Source of the DNA: Oikopleura dioica
Taxonomy: Eukaryota; Animalia; Chordata
Length of the DNA stretch: 64,000 nucleotides
Assembly: GCA_907165135.1 (NCBI GenBank)
Contig: OU015569.1
Location: 8,928,001-8,992,000 of the forward strand
Reading direction: 5' to 3'
Shown: positions 12,352 to 22,338 of the stretch, one piece after another
Position numbering within the stretch: position 1 is the first letter of the stretch
How the letters are laid out: every line of letters starts with the position of its first letter
The notes under the pieces: model-generated
The model's database searches: none
What the model was told of the DNA's origin: nothing
The model's input: the letters and a program-made list of their open reading frames with translations, nothing else
Position numbers and translations under genes: made by a program

Positions 12352-15300
12352 ATGGTGTTGGACTTCGAGTCGTGCATCGCAGAGAGGCCCGAATGGTGGG
12401 CTCGCGTATTTTCTGAGCATGAAGTGACGCTTTCAGTTGAAGGCAGAATTAAACCAGTCATCGCTGCGGTCGAGGTTTTGCTCAATAAATACCGCGAAAC
12501 GTCCGCTGCTGAAAAGACTTTCCGCGAAGAGCTCTCCAAGCTTTCTCTACTAAGCAACGGAAAAGCGAACACTTCATGTCTCGAGTCCATAGTGACAACA
12601 CTTCAAGACCTCTCGCAATCGAGGGGAAACTCGAAGAGAATTTAGATCGAAACGTGCGCAAAAGTCTTATAACGCTGTTCAATGGCGGAGATCATCAGAA
12701 TTTAAGCTGCAAGGCAATGAAAGAAGCCAGAAAATCCTTGGAACGGGTTGCAGAAGCAAAAGACGAAAAACTCGCCCGGTATCTAGCAATGACCAACACT
12801 GCCAAGCGAGAGTGGGAAATCAAAGGAAAATGGCTGTTATTTATAATCTTGCGCTGTTCGGTCTATAAGACGCATCTCCATTATTTCAGCCGATAAAAGA
12901 GGCGCATCAAGATTTTGTCTCGCTTCGAAAAAGCTTCCAAAATTTGGCGCTGGACTACACCTTTCGCCAAAATGTCTTTCACTTCGAACACCGAAATGTT
13001 ATCCTGAGCGCACTCGGTCAGATAATGAATGCATACCAAGCTTACCATAAGGTATTTAATCTTTTACAAGGTACTTATTAGTTTAAAAGCTATTCCCGAA
13101 ATAGGAATGTGCTGCGGCGACTGCGGTCGTTCAGCCAGAGTTGTTAGAATTGAGTCAACGGCAACAAGAGCTGCAGATGCAGCAAGAATCGCTCTCTAGC
13201 CGTTGGATAAAAGAGCAAGAATCTGCTCAAGGACAGACAGATCAAGGTGATCCATTAGACACAAGGTGTAATTTCTACATTGGTTTCAGGAGTGTATACA
13301 TGCCCCAATGCTGATGGCAAGATGGAAAACCCCGGCAAAGCTATCATTGAAGGATACCTGTACAAGAAAAGCCACACTAAAGTATGTACTTGTTAAGTTG
13401 TATAAACAAATATACTAACATGGTGGAAAAAGGGAATTATAAGTGTTAACTAACCAAAGTAATGCTAGTTTTAAGGAAAGATCGTGGTCTCAGGTAAAAA
13501 ATCAAAATATTTATCATTTACGGAGAGGGGTGAGATAACTGGTGTCTTGTATTCCTGGTGATAGGACAAACTAATGTTTATCTATACTAACGAATTCGTT
13601 TTAGTTTCGAAGCTGGCAACGACGCTGGTTCCGTGTAAAGGACGGGCACTTTCAGTATACGAAACGAGGGAGTTTTGAATTTGAAACGGTCACTGCTGAT
13701 ATTCGTCTGTGTAATGTTAGAGCGTCGCCAGGTATAAACACCACTCTGCATTTTCCACAAATTTGTATCAGATCTTGACAAGCACGAGCGTAGATTCTGC
13801 TTTGAGATACAACTCCCGACCCGGGCTATGCAACTTCAAGCCGAATCAACAGCGATTCGGGATGCATGGGTACGTGGGCTAAACTCGGCCATTTCCGTGC
13901 AACACAATCAAGCCGAAAGCAATCAAGCTTCTAAATCTTCAAATAAAAACGCAACGAAGAACACTCCGACAAAACCTCCGCGAAACGAACAGCCACCGCG
14001 CCTTGCTTCAAAGCTTATCTCAAACGGACTGAAAGAAATAGTAGCCATCGAGGGTAATGACATCTGCGCCGATTGTGGTGCAAAGGAACCAAGTTGGAGC
14101 TCTACAAATCTCGGCATAACCATCTGCATACAATGCAGCGGTACCCACCGAGCGTTAGGGGTTCATTTGTCAAAAGTACGTTCGTTGACTCTAGACTCGT
14201 GGGAGCTTGAAACCCTCTCTATCATGAAACGGTTGGGGAACGCAAAGGTTAATCGCTTCCTTGAATACAAGCTGCCGGTTAACCAGAAGATCGAGCAAGC
14301 ATGTAGCGCGGGATCGCGAACTGAGTTTATCCACAAAAAGTACGTCGAGAAATCATGGACAGCTGACATCGTCGACATTGCGACCAATTCGAAACAAATG
14401 GGACTTTTAAAAAGCCCTGCCAAGTCTCCAACGAATATGAACATAGACTGCTACTTAAAATATGCGATTGAAGAAGGAAATTTCCCTACTATTCTTGCTG
14501 CTACTTTTGCCGGAGCATCCCCCACCGCTAATAGTATGTTTTTGAAAAAAATAGAATATTTTTATTCATGATTAGTTGGCTCAGAAACGCCTTTGCATGT
14601 CGCAGTGTCTACTAAATCTCTGCTAACAAGTGAGCTTCTTTTGATGAACGGCGCTCAGGTTAATCAACAAGTGCCAACCCTGAATGACGGAACCGTTTTA
14701 AAACGAGCGATCAAGATGAACGATATTGCAATGGTTTCACTCCTCCTTAAGCGCAGAGCTTCTATCGGTTAGTTTCAAAATCTTTCCAGTTTCTAATGCA
14801 ATTTCTAGAACTCAAAGACTCATCCGGAAAGACAGCAATTGACTGGGCCCAAGAAAGCGAAGATGCTTATGTCTTGACAACCTTGCGCTTTAAAAAGATG
14901 ACGGATTTACTGATGCAAGATGGCGGTAATCAGCAAACTGAGCAGCAGTTATCTCAGATGATTAAAGAAAACTTGCTCGCTGGAATCAAAGAGGGTAAGA
15001 CAGGTTTTTCTTTAGTTCTATATTATTCTTATTCTCCCAGAGCTCCTCGGTAAACGCACGATAAAGCCATCACGTGATGATATTCTATCGACTCCGGACT
15101 CATGCGCAGGAAGCACATCAGAGGAAGATACTCTAAGCTATGCCTCTGACTTTGCTTCCAGCAAACGCGCACATGCTCAAAATAAAAAGAAAGCGCGGCG
15201 GTTACAAAGAAAAGCATCAAAAGAATATCATCGTCACATAGTAGAATCGTCCGACACCGACTGTTCTTCAGAACCGAACGAATACGACGGCGGCGATGAT

Positions 15301-15369
15301 ACTAATCCTGAAGACGAAAGGAATCATACACTGCCACAGGATTCAGAAAGCACGGACGGAATAAATTAA
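12352..15369 (+). CDS. ACAP: ArfGAP with BAR, PH and ankyrin domains (centaurin-beta)
   Basis: [12 protein letters not shown] start; [10 protein letters not shown]...FRSWQRRWF; Arf[50 protein letters not shown]; ANK ETPLHVA. One apparent 1-nt frameshift at about 12623-12629. Confidence 0.92.
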
Positions 15370-15712
15370 AACCGAAGCCAGAATTGTTTCAATGTTCACT
15401 TTTATGCTAGTTATCTTCATTCTCTTCTCGTTAACGCTGTCTAGCCAGTCTATATCGTTTATTCTGTCGATCAAACTGTATATATTGATTGGCCTTTCAG
15501 TAGAATAGTGAACTAATTTTCCACGAAGGCTATTTTCCTTGTTTCGAAAGTTTGCATTTTACCTATTCATCAAGCCCAAGAGAACGTATCCTCGTTAGAA
15601 AAATTACAATCTATCTACTGTAGATCCTCAGCCAATCTTGCACACGCAGTTACCACTTTCTTTTCGCTCCAAGAGTTACCAATTATATTCTTTTAACCTC
15701 AAATTTTTAAGG

Positions 15713-17957
15713 ATGAGCGATTGTTATGCTATAGCTGGGAAATGTATTGATCAACTAGGTCTAGGATGGGGGGTGATCGCTGGAGATCCGAAATGAGGCG
15801 CTCGAGATGAATCACCGATGAGTGGTGCGCGGGTTGTTTGGATCTCCAGAGCGCGGAGATCGAAGCTCGATCTCCAAATGAATCCCAGGGATTTAGTCGA
15901 TCTCCAGTTTTCGGTGATCGAAGCTCTGAATTTTCTCGAGTATCTATTTTTCTCGATTATATTCATATTTTGCAGGGACTTTGCGGGTCAGTATCTCAGA
16001 AAATAATAGTTTCTAATGCTAATCTTCAAGAAATTATCGCTCACCCACCGAGCTGAGTCTTTGGAAATTGAAACCGAACCAATTTTAAAATTATGTGATT
16101 TCAAGTGTTCAAAAATTTTGAAAACCATCTTATTGAGAAAAATACTCGAGCAGAGATAGTAAATATTACATTATTATCCAAAATTACAATCCATGCACAG
16201 TGCAAGTGACTTGATTTGACAAAAGATTTGAAATCTACACTGGAGAATAAGTATTGCCTGAGATTTTTAAGTTGATCCGGTCAGTCGCTTCTGATATCAG
16301 TAGGCTGGCAGAAAATTGTTTTAAAGTGACTCATCCGACTTCGGGGATAAAAAATTTTTGGATCTCCAAGAAGTGGAGATCGAGAGTGGTGATCGATCAC
16401 CGCAATTTCGGGGTGGAGATCGCGCGGATCTCCACGCAATCGGAGATCCAAAGAACCCGCGCACCACTCATTGGTGATTCCTCTCGAGCGCCTCATTTCG
16501 GATCTCCAACGATCACCCCCGATCCTAGACCTAGTTGATCAAGTTATTGCCAGAAAAGGAACACCAAAATCGGTTGTATTCAACGAGCGAAAATCAAAGC
16601 AGGTAATATTTTTTTTTGTGAAAAAAATATGACGATTTTTATTAAGACAAAATTGATCTACAAATTGGTAATAGAATCTCTCAAGTATCGAACTGTGCTG
16701 GAAGAGCTGCTCAAGAAAACACAAATCGGGAAAGAAATCAAAGGGCAAGGACCTGGGCTCGGCAAACTGAGCTGTGTAGAAACCTGTCACAGGTCCTGTT
16801 TCCTGTTTTTAGGGAACCTGTCTGAGTACCTGTGTTTTTACACAGCTCAGTTTGCCGAGCCCAGAAGGCCGACTCCTTGCGCTTGGATATGACTTTCTCA
16901 TTGGGGATGGTCTGAAGAATAAGAAGTATTTGAAGATATTCTCAAAATATAAAAGCGTGCTCAAAAATGGCCTGACACTTATGAAAGTAAAACGAAAAGC
17001 GAATTGCAATGAAGATCTCCTCCCGAAAGATGTGACAACACACATGCCAAAGTATGCACGAGTAAATATGCTGGCTGGAAAATCTGTGAAGGAAGTTGAA
17101 ATGTCGCTTCAGGAATCTTTCAATATATTGCGACCTTCTCCTCACGAATTCGTGCAAAGCGCTCTGGACATGTCAGCTAAAGATGTTGTTGTGGACCCGA
17201 GCTTGAGTGGACTCTTTGCATTTCATTCGTCCACGAATATTGCTGATTTGATATTGAACAAAGAAGGCTTTCTCATCATTCAAGATCGCGCATCTTGTCT
17301 ACCACCGTTTGTTCTAGCACCGAAAATCGGTGAAACTGTGCTTGACTGCACAGCCGCTCCGGGAAATAAAACTCACCAGCTAGCCTCGTGTGTAGGAAGA
17401 AGTGGAAAAGTTATCGCTTGTGAAGCCGATCCAAAGCGTTTTCGACTGCTTTCTACCAGAATGAAACAACTGTACGCTGGAGAAATCGTGGACAGTAAAC
17501 TTCAAGATTACCTTAAAATAGATGTAAACCAAAAGCCATGGTCAGATTGCACAAAGATTATGCTGGACCCTAGTTGCTCTGGCTCAGGAATGGCACATAG
17601 AAGGCTGATGCAAGAGGAAGACTCCAAGGAAAGAATAGAAAGTCTAGCGAAGTTTCAGGAAGAAGCACTTCTCAAAGGTAAGAAAAGTATTAAAAATGTC
17701 CCGACATTTATATATTAGCGACGACATTCCCAAACGCAAAGGAAATAACGTACAGCACCTGTAGTACGCATGATAGAGAAAACAATGAAGTTGTGAATGC
17801 TGTCATCGAAAAAGCACCGAATTGGGAAATAGCGAATGCCTTCGAGCGGGTTAAAACTTTCTGTAAAGATGATGTTACGAAAACGATATCGGTTCAGCCT
17901 TTCACTTCTGCTACAAATGGCTTTTTTGTTGCCCTGCTGAGAAGAAAAGAAAAATAA
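15713..17957 (+). CDS. NSUN5: 28S rRNA m5C methyltransferase
   Basis: MSDCYAIAGKCIDQ(LVDQ)VIARKG N-term; PKYARVN, IQDRASCLP, VLDCTAAPGNKT, MLDPSCSGSG, ITYSTCS, GFFVALL. Two introns are TIR elements. Confidence 0.92.
15755..16534. mobile_element. 780-bp non-autonomous TIR element inside NSUN5 exon 1 (intron-forming)
   Basis: About 90-bp TIRs beginning CTAGGTCTAGGAT, with roughly 5 mismatches by eye; flanked by TTGATCAA at 15747-15754 and 16535-16542; internal GGAGATC/GATCTCC motifs. Confidence 0.9.
16753..16864. mobile_element. 112-bp MITE inside NSUN5 coding sequence (intron-forming)
   Basis: 31-bp TIRs (CTGGGCTCGGCAAACTGAGCTGTGTAGAAAC) matching 30/31; flanks AAGGAC and AAGGCC look like a 6-bp TSD with one mismatch. 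Confidence 0.9.
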
Positions 17958-18037
17958 ATCTGAATATATTGAACAGCTTACTGTCTTGACTTTATTCAAT
18001 AAAGTCAAACTCGAAATACTCATAAATGTTAATATTT

Positions 18038-19945
18038 CTAGCAGCGGTAAGGTCTTCGGCGAATCGCAATAACTTCTCGGCATAGAGGGCATTCGTTAAG
18101 TCTTATAATAAGTTTTATTTCCATAAATGCGGAAAAAGTACCTGACGGCACAGTTGGAGCAGGTAATTTGATGCCAGCAGGGTTGAAATACAACTTCCTT
18201 CGTCCCTTCTAAGCAAACTACGCAGGCAGAGCTCACCTAAAAGTAGAATCGAATTTTATACCTGTAAGTTCCTAAAATGTTTACCTCCGGTTTATTTGTT
18301 TCGTTCAGAGGGAATGTTTTTTCAGTAAGTAAAGAGTTGGTCGTAGTAGTCGGTTTTGGAGAAATAGTAGGTCTGATTGAGGCAAGAGGGCTGAATGGCT
18401 GCAGCAGGTAAGGTTCATCGGTTGAAGAAACTGCTTCTCTCCCTGATATCAACGAGGACTGATCGGGAATGTTTGTGTTCGTATGTCGTGGAGAATCGTC
18501 TTTAGACGTATCTCTTTGTTCTCCCCTCAGTAAATCAAGAAGGGCTTCTTCTTCGTCTTTTTTCGTCTCAATGTTGAGCTGTGGATCTGCGGAACTGACG
18601 TCGACGCCAATAATAGATTGCGTCGGGGCAGATGGCGTAGAGCTAGGTTCAAAAACTGGCTCTAGTATATTTGCTGGGGAAGCACGGTTTTCACTTTCGC
18701 TCCAGATCGCAGCAATTGGGTGCTCACTATAGCTTTCGACCGACCGGCGGCCGATGACAATTTTGATTTTTTCCTTTTGATCATGGCTAAAATTGTCAGG
18801 CGAGTTCCAAGAGATGCGGCGGTCATCTGCTCGTGGGTCACTCCTTCTTTCCGATCTGTTACTTAATCAAATATTATTTATGGAGTAATGGGCAGTGGTA
18901 CCTTATAGAGCTTGCTGAACGGAAGATTTTAGAAATGGGCTTTCGGGTCGGTCTCCTGGTTTCTTGCATTGATGTGCGTCTATTAGTTTAATCGAGATAT
19001 CGCCCAATGCCGAGCTTACCTTATCTGTCTTATATCATTAGAGTCATGTACTGGCTGATCGTTAATTGATAAAATTTGGTCGCCAAATCGATAGTCATAA
19101 ATATCACCAAGAGAGCCTGGCTGCACCGACGTAACAAAAATACCGACATTCGTTGTCTGTAGGCCTAGCCCAAGAGGAGTTAACGGCTTCACATTTAGTT
19201 CCGTGATGATTTCTTTCATATCTCTGTAAATAAACAGATCTACTTCATTCTGACAATCTTTCAGTATTTCCTAGCTCAGAGTTGACAAAAGTTTTCTTAA
19301 TAAATATTTAGGTAGTTTTTTCAACTCTTCCTTTATTTGATTGACTGAAGTAGTTCTGTGGAAAGTAGGAATATTCCCTGGTACAACAACGGACCGAATT
19401 CGATCGCCAACTTTAAGTCCTTGTCGATCGGCGCTTGATCCTTTGATGACGGCCGTTACGATGGGTTCAGGCGCTACTGCACTGACAGGTCGAAAGCCAA
19501 ATCCAGATGATTTGTGACGTCTGAGGCGTATCTTGATCTTCTGCGGCGAGGCGCTCAGATTTTGGGTACGTTCAAGGTTTTCCAAGCTTCTAAAATCTTC
19601 GAGTTCTCTCTCGTCTGAAGACTCAGTATCATCTTCGGCCTTTTCGGGGGAATCGTTGAAGACAGGAGTATCAGTATTCCGAGAAGACCCGCTCGAGTTT
19701 TGCAGAGCATCCAAGAGATCATCCTGAAAGCTGCTACCTAATAAAACGATTTATCCTTATTATTACAATTTCTACGAGATAGACTAAAACTACTTACTCG
19801 TGGGCAGGTACATTTCTGCTTGCTCTTGTTCGATTTCATCAATAATCTCGGGCTCTAAATCACCGTCAACGTGTATCGAGCTCGCATCATCAAGATTGTC
19901 CTCAGCAAATGAATTTTCGACGTTTTCACTCGTGTCTTCACTCAT
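18038..19945 (-). CDS. Tandem PDZ protein with C-terminal RING finger
   Basis: PDZ1 SSGFGFRPV...GSSADRQGLKVGDRI; PDZ2 PLGLGL...VQPGSLG...FGDQILSIN; RING CVVC...FQPCWHQITCSNC...ECPLCR; GT-AG introns keep the frame. Confidence 0.8.
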
Positions 19946-22338
19946 TTTTCGCTGTCTAAAATGATTTTACTTGCAGTTCCGTATTATCAATGCATTATTA
20001 ACAATCGACCACGAACTATTCTCTTAAATATGATGAAGGATCTTAAAATCCTTTGAAAGAATGACCGCTGTGATCGAAATAAGAAAATTCGGTTAGCCGG
20101 TCTCTATCTTTTCATCTCACTCGGAGGCTAATATTGGCGCTGTCAACGGACAGTCACAATATTTCCTTCTTGATATGATTCCGCGATGAGTTATTCTAAT
20201 TAACGAGAACGCTATAAATGAACATCAGTTTCTCTGAGATCTACAAATAACTCTTTCTTTTGTGTGCCGCCGGCCAACGGGAGCAGTTGTGAATAATTAA
20301 TTTCAATTTGATTTCTTATTAACTTTACTCACATGCGTTTTGCGCGCGGCACCAGTACCGCCGCAGAAAGGTTGAAAGTCGCCACGACGAGTGCATTTGC
20401 TGAATCTTGAACAAGTTTCTCAGACTGAGTGACTACGGTGGCAAAGGGCGCAAAGGGCCAGCTCATTTAAAATGTAAACTTGATATCGACTTCAAATCGA
20501 AAATCAGAACGACCTGACATCAAGTCTCTTTCTAAGCTACCAAGTTCATTTGGCTAAGACCCAAGCTAGTTGTATTATTTATCAATTTATAGGTCCGTTA
20601 TTGTAGAAATTGCTACAGTATACTGAAACATTCCCATAGCTCACGTAAAGATCGGTACTGCTTCTGGTGAAGCCCTCTTCACATGATGAAATCCGTTGCA
20701 GAAATACTGTCCAGAATATTTTTCTCTATACAAACTTCTTGGTCAATTTTACGGCGATTGCTAGCTGCCCCCGGCAAAGCTACCCAGCAGCGGTTGTAGG
20801 AATTTGGGAAAAGTGGCAAGAATCTCGGTTTTGAATTCAAGCCAGAAGTGAACTTGTGTTTAATCCGGTACAGTCTTTCTCTGTCGGGTCACTCTTGCTT
20901 CGATATTATTTCCCAAGCTACTTTTATCTTCATGAGGGCTTTTACGTCTAAATATTCAATTCTTAATAAGGTCTTAAAAGAAACGACGTATTTTTCGGAG
21001 TTTTCTTTTTTGAAGAGGAAGAAAAGGACAAAGAAAATGAGTCTCTTAGTCACCAGTTGGACCCTCTTTCACTCTCAATTAAGCGAAAACTCAGCATTGT
21101 AATTAGAAAAAAAAAGAAATAATCATTTCGGGCTATAAAGGTCTAACCTAAGGTCGTAATAAGTCAATAATAGCAATTTAGAAATGCATTCGAAGAGACT
21201 GATCAATACGAGTAATTGATAGGAGAACCGGTTATTACTAATAACTTATTAGGGCTCCTTTAGAATCTCAAAGTTCCATTGATTTTTTTTTTGTTTATTT
21301 CTTATCGGGGTTTTGCTTTTGAAAGCCAAGTTTCTATTTCAAAAAGTGATGCTTAGAAGATTTCTAAAAAAGCTGCGACAGTTCTGTTTGGCTTGAATAT
21401 TTAATAAAGTTTACTTAGAAAAAATAATACATGTTGCAATTGAAGATTTGAAGTTCATACTCGAGTTGATGTCCTGCTCAGCATTGACGTTGATCTACGA
21501 ATCTTGGAAGAAATTTTGGAGAAGATTGAAGCTCGTGAGCCAGCCCTCGTCAGCATCAAATGTTTGAGGCCGAAGTGAGAAAGTGGCCGAGAAACGTACA
21601 TCCCGCTGAAATTGGCAAATCAGTTTGCTTTAATGACCTCTTTCGCAGTCAAGCTATTCTACTTCGCCCGCAATTAGTACCTGTATGATGAGTCTTGTTG
21701 TGCGTCCTTGACGGCAAGAACACATTGATATGCACTTTGGTGGATATATAATTATCTCCGCAAGGTTGAGTTCTCTATTAATATAACCATTTCCTCGCAG
21801 CTAGCAGCATAAAAGATGGTAAAAAGGCAAATAGAATTGCTAATATCCCAGCACTTACTCGGGTAAATGATAATATAAATCATCTATGTTTTTTTTTTAT
21901 TTTAGTCGGAATATTTTATTTTACTCTTGCGTAGTATCAAAGATGCTTTACCCGATTCCTATCTGTAAAATTCTCACCGATTCCGGAAAAGGACGGCATA
22001 TTATTTTCTCTGTCCACTTTAAGGTCAGCACATGCACTGAGAATTACTTTTCAAGCACGGTGCTCTCAAGTCTGCGTGACATGACCTCGCCTGGTGATCA
22101 TCGCTGCAACTCTAGGCTGTGGCTACCTTCTCTGTTGTTCTTACAACTCTAAGGTCTGTTAATCATTCACTCACTCTTACTTCATCCATATTCTAGTGCA
22201 TCTACTCCTTTCTACACTCTGATTTCTTGTAAGCTTGTCCGTTGCCAGGCAAGATGTCAGTTCGATCAAAAATCCAACTTCACGAGGGTCAGTTTATTAA
22301 TACAAAAATTTATACAGCGCTGTAACAATCCAAGTTTT

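Noticed and set aside
16629-16645. ATG 16629 as the NSUN5 start
   Set aside because: It lies in intron 2; the conserved N-terminus begins at 15713, upstream of the TIR element.
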